A stretch of 31,909 bases of DNA from a virus (lineage: Duplodnaviria; Caudoviricetes). This document shows, in pieces, positions 17,177 to 27,206 of this stretch. How positions within the stretch are numbered: position 1 is the first letter of the stretch; every line of letters begins with the position of its first letter. The stretch covers positions 1 through 31,909 of IMG/VR virus record IMGVR_UViG_3300046643_000083; one strand, given 5' to 3'. The notes beneath the pieces were generated by a model, which worked only from the letters and a program-made list of their open reading frames with translations, had not been told where the DNA came from and made no database searches. Position numbers and translations under genes: made by a program.

Positions 17177-18697
17177 ATGGGTACAATCTCTACTGCCGTT
17201 GGTCTTGAAAGAATTTCGAGAACTAGCGGTTATGTTATTAAAAAAGGATTCTTCAATGATGAAACTCAGAATCTGCCACAAATGATCGCTATTTTCGGAG
17301 AGGCTAACACGGCTAATCAATCAGGATTAACAACTGATAAAGTAGAGTTCACCAGTGAAGCGGAGGCTGCTGAAAGATGGGGGTATGGATCTCCACTTCA
17401 CTCAATTGCTAGAATATTAAGACCAAGAGGAAGTGATGGAGTTGGTGGTATTCCAACTATTGTTTTTCCTCAAGTAACAGCAGGAGGTGCTACTGCTACT
17501 GTTAGAGCGTGGACTGTTGCCGGGACCGCTACGGCTAATGCAACCCATACTGTAGTTGTAAATGGAAGAACTAATTTAGATTTTCAGCAATACACTTTTG
17601 ATGTTGTAATTGGAGATACTGCGACTGCTGTTGCTGCTAAAATAGCACTTGCTGTTAATTCAGTTTTAGCTGCACCATGTACTGCTTCATCTGCTTTAGC
17701 AGTTGCTACTATGACTTCTAAGTGGAAAGGAACTACTAGCGCTCAATTAAACATTACCATTAATTACGGAACAAATTCTGCCGGATTAACCTATAGCGAA
17801 ACTACATCTACAGATGGTGCAGGATCAGTAGATATTTCTGCAGCATTAGCTCAGTTTGGAGATGATTGGAACACTATAGTTATCAATTCTTATGGTGAGG
17901 CTCAATTAGATGTTTTAGAATCATTTAATGGAGTGCCAAATCAAATAAATCCAACTGGAAGATGGTCCGGATTAGTTTTCAAACCGTTCTGTGCATATTT
18001 TGGAAGCAAATTATCTACAAGATCATCCTTAATTGCTATTACAGATGCTCCTGCTAGAATTAATCAGGTTACAAACGTGTTATGTCCTGCTCCAAATTCA
18101 AAAGGTTTTACTTATGAGGCCGCTGCAAATGTTGTTGCTTTAGCAGCAGTTGTTTATCAAAATGCTCCAAACTTAGATGTTAATAATTTATCATATCCAG
18201 ACATGCCAGTTCCTTCTGATGGAAACATTGGAGACTTCAATGACTACAACAATAGAGATTATCTTGTAAAAAGAGGTTGCTCTACAGTATCATTGGTAGC
18301 AGGAGCGTATGTAATTCAGGATTTGGTAACTACATATCACCCAGTCGGAGAAGTTCCTTTACAGTACTCTTATGTGCGTAATTTGAATTTAGACTGGAAT
18401 GTTTGTGATTCCTACAGAACAATTGAGACTCTTTATTTAAAAGATAAAACATTGGTTGAGGATAATCAGATTGTTGACGTTGATGGTTGTGTTAAGCCGA
18501 AAGAATGGAAAGGCCAGGTTAACAGCTTGTTTGATGAGTTGGCCGAAAAAGCTTTGATAAAAGATCCTTCTTTTTCTAAATCAAACTTAAGAGTTCAGAT
18601 TAGCGAAACAAATCCAAACAGATTTGAAACAGCATTCCCATACAAACGAACAGGAATTGCTCGAATAGAAAGTACAACTGCTACTGCAGGATTTTAA
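17177..18697 (+). CDS. Contractile tail sheath protein (Mu gpL-like)
   Basis: 506 aa; A.ERWGYGSPLH, LVKRGCST, VTTYH and NPNRF motifs. Confidence 0.9.
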   Translation: MGTISTAVGLERISRTSGYVIKKGFFNDETQNLPQMIAIFGEANTANQSGLTTDKVEFTSEAEAAERWGYGSPLHSIARILRPRGSDGVGGIPTIVFPQVTAGGATATVRAWTVAGTATANATHTVVVNGRTNLDFQQYTFDVVIGDTATAVAAKIALAVNSVLAAPCTASSALAVATMTSKWKGTTSAQLNITINYGTNSAGLTYSETTSTDGAGSVDISAALAQFGDDWNTIVINSYGEAQLDVLESFNGVPNQINPTGRWSGLVFKPFCAYFGSKLSTRSSLIAITDAPARINQVTNVLCPAPNSKGFTYEAAANVVALAAVVYQNAPNLDVNNLSYPDMPVPSDGNIGDFNDYNNRDYLVKRGCSTVSLVAGAYVIQDLVTTYHPVGEVPLQYSYVRNLNLDWNVCDSYRTIETLYLKDKTLVEDNQIVDVDGCVKPKEWKGQVNSLFDELAEKALIKDPSFSKSNLRVQISETNPNRFETAFPYKRTGIARIESTTATAGF

Positions 18698-18715
18698 TTT
18701 TAAAAATAAAAAGAT

Positions 18716-19123
18716 ATGGGAAATTTTGTTTTCGGAGATGTACTAGAGATTGTTTGTAACCACAATGGTAATACATACAGATTTGCTCCAAAAGCCAATG
18801 AAACATTTAATGTTGACAGAGGCGGTATCAGAGCAAATGACGACGCTAACCAAGTAACTTCAAACGGGCAGATGATGTCGCAGTTAAACAGAGTTCGTTG
18901 GTCAATTGATGGCCCGGTTGCATATGACCAAATAACAGGAATTGAAGAGAGAGCTCTTAATATTATGGCGGCATCTCCAATTATGGGTATTTGGCAGTTT
19001 TCTTTTATTTCAGGAGCTATCTTGAAAGGTGAAGGAAGGCCTGTTGGGGATATAACAACCGATTCTAATGCAGGAACTATCTCCTTTAAAGTTGCAGGTA
19101 GCAGAGAATTAGAACAAATTTAA
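18716..19123 (+). CDS. Tail tube protein
   Basis: 135 aa beta-rich, directly after sheath. Confidence 0.8.
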   Translation: MGNFVFGDVLEIVCNHNGNTYRFAPKANETFNVDRGGIRANDDANQVTSNGQMMSQLNRVRWSIDGPVAYDQITGIEERALNIMAASPIMGIWQFSFISGAILKGEGRPVGDITTDSNAGTISFKVAGSRELEQI

Positions 19124-19140
19124 TTTTAAATTCAAATATA

Positions 19141-19563
19141 ATGGCAAAATCAAAAACAGTGGTTAGTAAGGAAATCGCAATAACGGAAATTGAAACTTTA
19201 ATAAACAGGTTTGTAAAAAGGCCCGTTAATCGTGATGAGATAGAAGAAACTTATCCAGACATTTTAGATGCAATTATGGAAGGTTATTTATCTTTCGATG
19301 GAACAGGTATTCCGGTGTTAAAACTAAAAGAGCCAGTAACAGGAAGTACTGGAAATGTAGTTTTAGAAACTATAAATTTCAAAACAAGAATTAAGCCTAC
19401 AACTTTGCGAGATCTGGCAAGAGGAATTGATTTAAAGAAAGATCCTTTGGGACTTAATTTAAAAATGACAGCCTACATTACAGATCAGCCGGAGATAATG
19501 GTTGACAACTATTCAAATTTTGATTACGATGTAGTTACTCAGATTTGCACAATTTTTTCATAA
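19141..19563 (+). CDS. Tail assembly chaperone
   Basis: Between tube and tape measure; ends at a slippery ATTTTTTCA-TAA. Confidence 0.8.
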   Translation: MAKSKTVVSKEIAITEIETLINRFVKRPVNRDEIEETYPDILDAIMEGYLSFDGTGIPVLKLKEPVTGSTGNVVLETINFKTRIKPTTLRDLARGIDLKKDPLGLNLKMTAYITDQPEIMVDNYSNFDYDVVTQICTIFS

Positions 19564-19732
19564 TTGGGGAGTAGATGGTTTAGATAATATGATTATGAGT
19601 ATTGTCGATTATCATCATTGGCCCCCAACCGAAATTAATAAAATGTTTTGCGATGATTTGGATTTCAGGGGAATAGTTTATTGGTACAATGAACTTATTC
19701 GAATTGAAAAGAAGATGAAGTCCAAAAAATAA
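19559..19732 (+). CDS. Frameshifted extension of tail chaperone (P2 E'-like; not in ORF track)
   Basis: +1/-2 frame reads HNWGVDGLDNMIMSIVDYHHWPPTEINKMFCDDLDFRGIVYWYNELIRIEKKMKSKK*; HWPP.E motif as in P2 GpE' family. Confidence 0.78.
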   Translation, partial: HNWGVDGLDNMIMSIVDYHHWPPTEINKMFCDDLDFRGIVYWYNELIRIEKKMKSKK

Positions 19733-19736
19733 TCCT

Positions 19737-19776
19737 AAAACCTCCAACAGCAGTCAAAGTCTGTTGGAGGTTTTTT
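19737..19776 (+). terminator. Strong intrinsic terminator before tape measure gene
   Basis: Perfect 14-bp stem aaaacctccaacag / ctgttggaggtttt, 10-nt loop, T6 tail. Confidence 0.85.
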
Positions 19777-19792
19777 AATAAAAAAATATACT

Positions 19793-21772
19793 ATGGGAGT
19801 TGCAACAATGAGAGTTCCTACTATATTCACCGCAGTGGATAGGTTTAGTGGGGTTGTTAGTAAAATGACTGCCGCGACTTCTGCCTTTGGAAGAACTGCT
19901 GAGGCAGCCGCAATGAGAACTTCAAGAAGATTTAATTCAGCCGGGACAACAATGCTTTACACAGGTGCTGCAATCGCAACTGGTCTTGGATATGCGGTAA
20001 ACGAAGCGGTTAAGTTTGAAAAGGCTATGGCTACGGTAAGCACTACCATTGACAATACTACTCCTGAAATGATGGCCAGAATGGGTCAAGACGTTTTAAA
20101 CATGTCAAAGATAATTCCAAAGCCACTTTCTGAGCTTACTGAGGGGCTTTACGATGTTGTTTCTGCCGGAATTGACGCTAAGTATGCAATGACTGTTTTG
20201 GATGCTTCTGGTAGGCTTGCAGTTGCCGGACTTGGAACAACTCAACAAGGGGTTGACATTCTTACATCATCGTTAAACTCTTTTAACATGGAGGGAACGG
20301 AATCTGCCAACATATCTAACATGGTTTTCAAGGCGGTAAAATATGGTAAAACTACGGTAGATCAATTGTCTACATCTTTCGGTAACAGTGCCGCTTTAAT
20401 TAAAAACTCCAATGTTAGTTTAGCAGAATATTTAGCAACCACAGCTGTTTTAACCACTACTGGTATGAGTGCTTCAAGAGCTCAAACACAGGTGGCTTCT
20501 GCTGTTACGGCTTTAATTAAACCCGCAAAATCAATGTCGTTAGTTTTAGCCGCTTTGGGCGCTAAAGACATTCCGGAATTTATAAAGAAAAACGGAGGTT
20601 TAGTCAAAACTCTTAGATTGGTGAGAGATCAAGCCGACAAAATGGGTATTTTAAACTCTAAAGCTTTTGGTAGAAAAGAAGGTTTTAACGCCATGCTTTC
20701 GCTTTTAGGTCCATTGAATGACGAGTACTTAAAAGTAATGAAAGATATGACCGGAGGAACTGACACCTTAACGGAATCTTTTGATAAGCAACAAAATACC
20801 ACTGCTGCAGGTTTTCAAAGATTGAAAAATAACGCAACCATTTTAGCTATAACTATTGGCGATCAATTATTGCCAAGAATAAATGAATTTGTCGCTAGAT
20901 TGACTCCTACTGTAGAGGGAATTACTGAATGGACTAAAAGAAATAGTTGGTTATCTTCCACTTTATTAAAGGCTTCGTTAGCATTATTGATTTTAGGGGC
21001 TGTAGCTAAAGTTGGTGCAGTTTTATTTTATGGTCTTGGAAAAGCAATTGCATTTGCAACTTGGTTAAGTGGAACTTATGAGGCAATCACATTAGGGGTT
21101 TCCGCAGCACAGGCTGTTGCGGCACTTACAGGAGAGTCTTTAACCGCGGTTCTTTGGAGCATGGCGGCTGCCGAACTTGCTGTTTTATGGCCAGTATTAT
21201 TGATTGTTGCGGCATTGGGATTGTTGGCGTATGCAATGTTTGATTCTATAGGATCTACTGAAGATATGGTTTCAAAACAAATTGGATCTTTAGACCGTAA
21301 AAATAGTGCATGGGAAAACTCAACAAAAATTCAAGCCAGAGAACTTAACAAGCAAAAAGGATTAATGGAAACTCATAATCCTAATGTTACTGGTGCAAGA
21401 ATTGGCATGGATAAAAATATAGCAGGAATTATAAACAAAAACCAACAGGATAAAGCAGATAGAGCGGCCAGACTTGCAACAGTTCCAATAGCTGCTGTTT
21501 CTAAAAACACTCAGTTATTTTCTAACGGTGCTCCGGCTATGGCTAGTGATGCTTATAGAGCTCAAAGAGATGCAGCCGACAAAGGGCCAACTCCTAAAAA
21601 CTTAGCAGGAAGTAATCAATTGAACGTAAATCAGCTTATGAAAGATTTCTCAGGTAAAAACGGAGAACTGAACATCAACATAAAAGATCCAGGAGGGGTT
21701 GTTGAGTCTGTAGATGAAAGTAACACAGGTGGAATTGCTGTAAAAACAACTAGTACAACAGGAAAAAGATAA
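19793..21772 (+). CDS. Tail tape measure protein (TP901-family core)
   Basis: 659 aa Ala/Gly-rich; FEKAMA.V, GLYDVVSAG and FGRKEG motifs; hydrophobic segments. Confidence 0.92.
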   Translation: MGVATMRVPTIFTAVDRFSGVVSKMTAATSAFGRTAEAAAMRTSRRFNSAGTTMLYTGAAIATGLGYAVNEAVKFEKAMATVSTTIDNTTPEMMARMGQDVLNMSKIIPKPLSELTEGLYDVVSAGIDAKYAMTVLDASGRLAVAGLGTTQQGVDILTSSLNSFNMEGTESANISNMVFKAVKYGKTTVDQLSTSFGNSAALIKNSNVSLAEYLATTAVLTTTGMSASRAQTQVASAVTALIKPAKSMSLVLAALGAKDIPEFIKKNGGLVKTLRLVRDQADKMGILNSKAFGRKEGFNAMLSLLGPLNDEYLKVMKDMTGGTDTLTESFDKQQNTTAAGFQRLKNNATILAITIGDQLLPRINEFVARLTPTVEGITEWTKRNSWLSSTLLKASLALLILGAVAKVGAVLFYGLGKAIAFATWLSGTYEAITLGVSAAQAVAALTGESLTAVLWSMAAAELAVLWPVLLIVAALGLLAYAMFDSIGSTEDMVSKQIGSLDRKNSAWENSTKIQARELNKQKGLMETHNPNVTGARIGMDKNIAGIINKNQQDKADRAARLATVPIAAVSKNTQLFSNGAPAMASDAYRAQRDAADKGPTPKNLAGSNQLNVNQLMKDFSGKNGELNINIKDPGGVVESVDESNTGGIAVKTTSTTGKR

Positions 21773-21775
21773 CTT

Positions 21776-22255
21776 ATGAATACAACAGACATAGCATTAT
21801 TTGAAAGTGGTAGTGGAGGAGATTTTTCCATTGTGAACAATGATCTTTTGATGGGAGAAACTTTGTATCAGCAAATATACATAGCATTGTTCGGGGGCAA
21901 CGTTCAGGAGAGTACAAAAGCTTCTTATTTAGAAACCGAAGATCGATATGATTATTGGGGAAACTCATTGATTTGGAAAGATGTTAAAACTAAACAATTT
22001 AATTCAGAAACTGAGCGAACTATTTTAAATACTACTCTTAATAGTTCAGGGAGAATGAGTATTATACAGGCCATTTATCAGGATCTTAATTATTTGGTTG
22101 CTGTAGTTACTCTCTCAGTTGATGTGGAAATTTTAGATACTAATAGTTTGAGAATAATTGTTAATATAAGCGGCAAGACAAATCAGCAAAACAAGTTGTT
22201 GCAGTTAGTTTTTGATAATGCCAAAAAAGAAGTAATAATTGAAAAAATAATTTAG
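21776..22255 (+). CDS. Baseplate wedge/sheath initiator (Mu gp46-like)
   Basis: IYIALFGGN...YWGNSL; precedes baseplate J. Confidence 0.7.
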   Translation: MNTTDIALFESGSGGDFSIVNNDLLMGETLYQQIYIALFGGNVQESTKASYLETEDRYDYWGNSLIWKDVKTKQFNSETERTILNTTLNSSGRMSIIQAIYQDLNYLVAVVTLSVDVEILDTNSLRIIVNISGKTNQQNKLLQLVFDNAKKEVIIEKII

Positions 22256-23431
22256 ATGAAACCTATCCCAACAATAAAAGATTTATATACAAATATTTCT
22301 AATGATCTACGAAGCAAGCTTAATCTACAGACAGATTATCTTAAAAAAAACTTGGATGCTTTTTCATTAGTAATGTCTGGTTTTTTCCACTTGGCTTATT
22401 TATTCTTGAGTGATGTTCAGGATAATATTTTTCCAGATAAAGCCACTACTATTGATCAGGGAGGCACCCTTGAGCGACAAGGTATGATTTACATGAATAG
22501 AAATCCTTTTCCAGATTCTATAGGATCATTTAAACTAGCAGTTACAGGAGTGGCCGGATCTGTTTTAAGAGTTAATCTTACTTTTAAATCGAATGAAGGA
22601 ACTTTGAATCCTGGGCAATTATATATTTTGGATTCAGAATACACCTTGACAGGAACTGATGATGAAATTGAGGTTAGGTCAATTGGAGCAGGAATTGTTT
22701 ATAACTTGAATGTGGCTGACAATCTTACTATCACAGAACCTGTTATTGGGGTTGACAAGACCGTTTCTGTTTTAGAAGTTTTGGAACAGCCAAAAGCAGG
22801 AGAAACAATTGAACTTTACAGACAGGCAACATTGAATGCTATTCAATTAGAGCCACAGGGAGGTTCAAGAGCAGATTATCGCCAATGGGCTACAGATGCT
22901 CAAGGAGTCAGGCTTATTTATCCATATGTCAAGGATGTAGATACAGGAACTATGGAAATTTATGTCGAAGCAACATTAGCTGATAGTACAGATGGTAAAG
23001 GAACTCCAAGCACATCAATTTTAAATGAGGTTGAAGATGTGATTGAAATGGATCCGGATGTAACAAAGCCAACTTATGAAAGGGGCAGAAGGCCTATGCA
23101 GGCAGATCCTGATATTTTACCTATTATACTTGTGCCTGTTGATATTACAATATCTGGATTAAATGATGGTTCTGTATCTGTTCAAGACACAATTGAAAGT
23201 AGTGTAATTGACTTTATTTATGATGTTAGGCCTTTTATTTCAGGAGCCGATTTAAGGAGAAATAGAAATGACGTATTATACTCCGGAAAAGTTCAATCAG
23301 TTGTTACAGATAGTTTGATAAATGGAAATTTCTTCAATACACTTGAGTTGTATGTTGATGGAAACGCAGTCACATCTTATGAATTTACATTGGGAAATAT
23401 CCCTTATTTAAGAAACTTAAACTACGTGTAG
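22256..23431 (+). CDS. Baseplate J-like protein (Mu gp47-like)
   Basis: IFPDKA, ETIELYR and PQGGSRADYRQWA motifs. Confidence 0.92.
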   Translation: MKPIPTIKDLYTNISNDLRSKLNLQTDYLKKNLDAFSLVMSGFFHLAYLFLSDVQDNIFPDKATTIDQGGTLERQGMIYMNRNPFPDSIGSFKLAVTGVAGSVLRVNLTFKSNEGTLNPGQLYILDSEYTLTGTDDEIEVRSIGAGIVYNLNVADNLTITEPVIGVDKTVSVLEVLEQPKAGETIELYRQATLNAIQLEPQGGSRADYRQWATDAQGVRLIYPYVKDVDTGTMEIYVEATLADSTDGKGTPSTSILNEVEDVIEMDPDVTKPTYERGRRPMQADPDILPIILVPVDITISGLNDGSVSVQDTIESSVIDFIYDVRPFISGADLRRNRNDVLYSGKVQSVVTDSLINGNFFNTLELYVDGNAVTSYEFTLGNIPYLRNLNYV

Positions 23432-23432
23432 C

Positions 23433-24227
23433 ATGTATGAAGTAACAGAAAAAAGCACAGTACACGGAAACAAAACGCCTCATGGCTTTAAAACTCCGCA
23501 TAGATTCCCAACTTCTGGAATAGGAAATTTGTCCTCTATAATGTCCGATTTAGCATCACAACTTTACCCTACAGGTAGAGCTTTCAACATGATAAAAGGA
23601 AGCATTATGGATCGTTTACATCTTGGTTTCAATGTGAGTTTTATCCGATTTATAAATGATTGTAACTCTACAATAGATTCTGTTTTCCCAGACAATAACA
23701 ATTTTAATGCTGATGATTGTACTTTATGGGAATATCGATTTGGAATTGTTACAGATACAACTCTACCTGTTGAAGATAGAAGGGCAGCTATTTTACGAAG
23801 AATGGCAAGAGGCCGAAATGTTCCTGCCAGACAACACAAAAACTATATTGAATATCAATTACAAATTGCAGGTTTCAATGTTTATGTTTTTGAGAACGGA
23901 TTTATTGAAGGAGGTGTAAAGGTATATAAAAAGCCTAGTGATATAATTTCGGAAGGTTCCGGAGTAGTTCAACACGGTGGAGGTTCTCAGCACGGAATTG
24001 GAATGCAACATGGTGGAGGAACATCTGAGGTAATTGCAAACTCATATAGACCAAATGAACCATATTCTGTTTCAGACGAAAGGTTATGGGCTACGTTCTT
24101 TATAGGCGGTGCTGTTTTAGGAGACATGGCCGAAATACCAATAAAAAGACAGGAAGAATTTAGAGAACTTGTCTTAAAATTGAAGCCTGCTCATTTAGCA
24201 GCTTTCACTTTCATCAATTATGTTTAA
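23433..24227 (+). CDS. Baseplate wedge protein (Mu gp48/YmfQ-like)
   Basis: LYPTGRAF, WEYRFGI, RRAAI and LKLKPAH motifs. Confidence 0.85.
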   Translation: MYEVTEKSTVHGNKTPHGFKTPHRFPTSGIGNLSSIMSDLASQLYPTGRAFNMIKGSIMDRLHLGFNVSFIRFINDCNSTIDSVFPDNNNFNADDCTLWEYRFGIVTDTTLPVEDRRAAILRRMARGRNVPARQHKNYIEYQLQIAGFNVYVFENGFIEGGVKVYKKPSDIISEGSGVVQHGGGSQHGIGMQHGGGTSEVIANSYRPNEPYSVSDERLWATFFIGGAVLGDMAEIPIKRQEEFRELVLKLKPAHLAAFTFINYV

Positions 24228-24248
24228 TTTTGTTTAAAATAAAAAAAT

Positions 24249-25289
24249 ATGATACCATTAAAGAGTAATCAAAACGTAGACAATAGCGATCCGGCAAATT
24301 ATCCAGATGGAAGAATTAAGGACAATACGGGTACTGGTAATGGAACGCCTGTAGACAGAAATGTTTATGGAGATCTTCATTCAAATATTTCCAAACTAAT
24401 GAGGCTTTATGGTATTTTGCCAAGTGGGCTTCCGGACAATGAAACTAACGGTTATCAAATAATTACTGCTTTATCGGCTTTGGCTTCCAAAAACGATTAT
24501 ATATATCCTTTAGCTACTGATGGAACAGTGCTAAGTGTTGATATAAAATTATCATTTATGAACACCAATGAGTTTTTGGTTTGTTTGGCCTCCGCAGATA
24601 AAGGTTCTGAAACTATAATTAAAGGATCAAATAACACTGCTTTTGCTGTAACTTATTCAGGTAATTTTAAATCAGGTGAATATGTTAGGGTTATAAAAAC
24701 AAATGTTGGAGTTTCTATAATTAGAATTGCAGATTGGAACAGTTTAGAAGCAATGGTGACTGATTTGGGTTTTTTAAAAAAAGCATCTCAAGCTCAGGAA
24801 AATGCAGGCACAAGTGATTTAGTATCCACTACTCCTTTAGTAAATAAGGTTACTTTTGCCAGAAGGGTAAATGGAGCGGATTCCGGTACTTATTTGTCAA
24901 GTGCTTCGCAAAATGGTTTAATGTCAATATCGCAATACAATCAACTTGCAGGTTTATCCGGCGTAAGAAATAGAGGTTGGTTCAGTGGATTAGATGTTGG
25001 AGGTTCTGGATCTCTGCCTACTTCTGGTTATACTTCTGCAGTTGCCACTGCAGGTGCAACTCCTGGCGATGATGAATCGTTTGTTTTGGTTACAATGCCT
25101 GTAGCTATGGACAACCTTAACTATAGAGTAGAGTGTTTTCCTCAGAGTGAAGGTTCTATTGGAAATGACAACGAAATAAGCGGAATTATTTTTAGGCCGG
25201 TTTCGACAACTCAATTTACAGTTTCTCTTAGAGGTTTAAATGTTGCTTTGCAAAGTTTGAAGATTCACATGGACGTTAGACAATTATAA
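24249..25289 (+). CDS. Tail fibre protein 1
   Basis: GTPV...YGD...QI..AL attachment region, GLMS motif, beta-rich C-terminal tip; follows wedge genes. Confidence 0.75.
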   Translation: MIPLKSNQNVDNSDPANYPDGRIKDNTGTGNGTPVDRNVYGDLHSNISKLMRLYGILPSGLPDNETNGYQIITALSALASKNDYIYPLATDGTVLSVDIKLSFMNTNEFLVCLASADKGSETIIKGSNNTAFAVTYSGNFKSGEYVRVIKTNVGVSIIRIADWNSLEAMVTDLGFLKKASQAQENAGTSDLVSTTPLVNKVTFARRVNGADSGTYLSSASQNGLMSISQYNQLAGLSGVRNRGWFSGLDVGGSGSLPTSGYTSAVATAGATPGDDESFVLVTMPVAMDNLNYRVECFPQSEGSIGNDNEISGIIFRPVSTTQFTVSLRGLNVALQSLKIHMDVRQL

Positions 25290-25298
25290 TAAAAAAAT

Positions 25299-26456
25299 AT
25301 GAGAACAATAAAAAACTTAGCCGTACCTCAAAATTCAGATCCTAAATTTCCATTTAGTACAATCCAAAACGAAGATGATACTTTAGATGGTACTCCGGTT
25401 GTAGAGGAAATTTATGGTGATATTTTGACCAATAATTATAAATTGCTTCAAACTGTTGGTCTTACTCCAACCGGAACGCAAGACAATGATGATACTCAGT
25501 ATCAGATTTTAGAGGCTTTACAAATACTTCCTAATAAGTTAAATGATTTAGAACAAATTTTATCATTAACCGGGTCTGTTTGGAGTATTCCATTAAATGT
25601 TGATATTCTGCCAAATAAATACTTTTTAATAGCAAGAGCTTCAGAATCATATTCTAATGGCGGCATATATACCTTTGAGGGAACTGGAACTGTATCTTAT
25701 CCTTTTTCAAGTAATGGATTTAATGCTTCAGATGAATTATTAATAATATTAGATCAGTCTGGCGTAAGGGCTTATCCTCTTACATTTTTATTGTCAGCAT
25801 CTGAACAGGTTTCAACTGTTATGGGGTTGCCTCTTTCATTTAATGATAGTAATAAAATGTATTATCAGTCTGATGGAAATTTAATCAGTGATCTTCCAAG
25901 CATTAATTACCTGGAACAAATAATCAGAGTTGATGTTTCAAATGGAACTGTTTTGGTTAACGATATGTTTATATCTAACGGATATGTTATTTGTTTTTGT
26001 TTTATCCCTGCTACAAATAATTATTTTTTCAGACAGTTTGATTTGGTGGACATGAGTGAGTCTTTTGCTGTTGCTTTATCCGGTACTTCATTTAGTAGTG
26101 CAAGTAATTTTTTGCCATATGTTTTTGCAAAACAGGGCGCTCTTTATGTTACAAATGGAATGAATAGTACTGCAAATGATTATACTATAACAAAACTGCT
26201 TTATAACGCCACATCTGCTACGTTGACATTTGTTTCTACAGTTAATATTAATAACACTTTTGTTAAAACTTCAAACGCGGTTGTAAAGAACGAAATACTA
26301 TATACTTTAATAACGGGTGTTTTAAGCTCATATAACCTCGCAGATGGAACAAAAACTGTTTTAGGTGATTATGGTAGTATAAATGGAAATCTATTCGGAT
26401 TTAACGGTAATATCTATTTTGGCAGTGGAGAAATTGCTAAAATATGGCAACTATAG
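25299..26456 (+). CDS. Tail fibre/receptor-binding protein 2 (paralogous N-terminus)
   Basis: N-terminus aligns by eye with the preceding gene; C-terminus beta-rich, propeller-like. Confidence 0.7.
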   Translation: MRTIKNLAVPQNSDPKFPFSTIQNEDDTLDGTPVVEEIYGDILTNNYKLLQTVGLTPTGTQDNDDTQYQILEALQILPNKLNDLEQILSLTGSVWSIPLNVDILPNKYFLIARASESYSNGGIYTFEGTGTVSYPFSSNGFNASDELLIILDQSGVRAYPLTFLLSASEQVSTVMGLPLSFNDSNKMYYQSDGNLISDLPSINYLEQIIRVDVSNGTVLVNDMFISNGYVICFCFIPATNNYFFRQFDLVDMSESFAVALSGTSFSSASNFLPYVFAKQGALYVTNGMNSTANDYTITKLLYNATSATLTFVSTVNINNTFVKTSNAVVKNEILYTLITGVLSSYNLADGTKTVLGDYGSINGNLFGFNGNIYFGSGEIAKIWQL

Positions 26457-26462
26457 AATATC

Positions 26463-27194
26463 ATGATTTTAGATGTAAACACAAATGCTAATATAATTTT
26501 AACAGCAAAGTTGGAAAGGTTGAATAGATCAGCCTTTCCTTCTGCCGTTAGAAGCACTTTGAATGATGCTGCATTTGAAATGAAAAAGAAAAACATCCTT
26601 GAGTCCGCTAAATTAAATATGACTGTTAGGAATCCTGCTTTTTTTAGAAAATATACTGGTGTTAAAAGAGCATCTGGTTTCTCAGTAAAAGGAATGTATT
26701 CCGAAGTAGGTTTCTCTCCAATAAACGAACTAAAGTCCAGAAAAGCATTAGAGGGTATGGAATCTAACGAGGTTGGAGGGGCTGATAATGATGGTGCAAT
26801 GTATGTTGGGAAAACCAGAGGATCAAGAGGATTGGTAAAAAGATCTGAACGATTTAAAAAAGGTAATTTGGCTACAGGTTACAAAAATGCCAAAAAAGGA
26901 AAGTCTAACATGATGAGATTAGTTTCTAGTAAGATGGAAAATAAACCAGTTTTCATTAATACTAAAAATGGACGTTTTTTGGTAAAGGTAAACTCTATAA
27001 GCTCTGGCCGTAAAGATAAAAAAGTTGATATAAAACTTGATTTTTTAATGCGACACAGAAAAAAACATACTGCTCATGCTCGGGCAACTCATTTTAATAA
27101 AGAGGCAGCCATAAGAACATCAAAACAAATGGAAGGTTTCTATAATAAAAATGCAACATTTCAATTCAATAAGGTTTTGAGATCAACAAGATAA
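26463..27194 (+). CDS. Basic virion morphogenesis protein (lambda gpZ/Mu gpG-like neck or tail completion)
   Basis: 243 aa Lys/Arg-rich; AVRSTLNDAAF N-terminal pattern. Confidence 0.5.
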   Translation: MILDVNTNANIILTAKLERLNRSAFPSAVRSTLNDAAFEMKKKNILESAKLNMTVRNPAFFRKYTGVKRASGFSVKGMYSEVGFSPINELKSRKALEGMESNEVGGADNDGAMYVGKTRGSRGLVKRSERFKKGNLATGYKNAKKGKSNMMRLVSSKMENKPVFINTKNGRFLVKVNSISSGRKDKKVDIKLDFLMRHRKKHTAHARATHFNKEAAIRTSKQMEGFYNKNATFQFNKVLRSTR

Positions 27195-27206
27195 AAATAT
27201 TAAGCT

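Noticed and set aside
24249-26456. Diversity-generating retroelement or invertible fibre cassette
   Set aside because: No reverse transcriptase, invertase, or nucleotide-level repeat pair seen; similarity between fibres is protein-level only.
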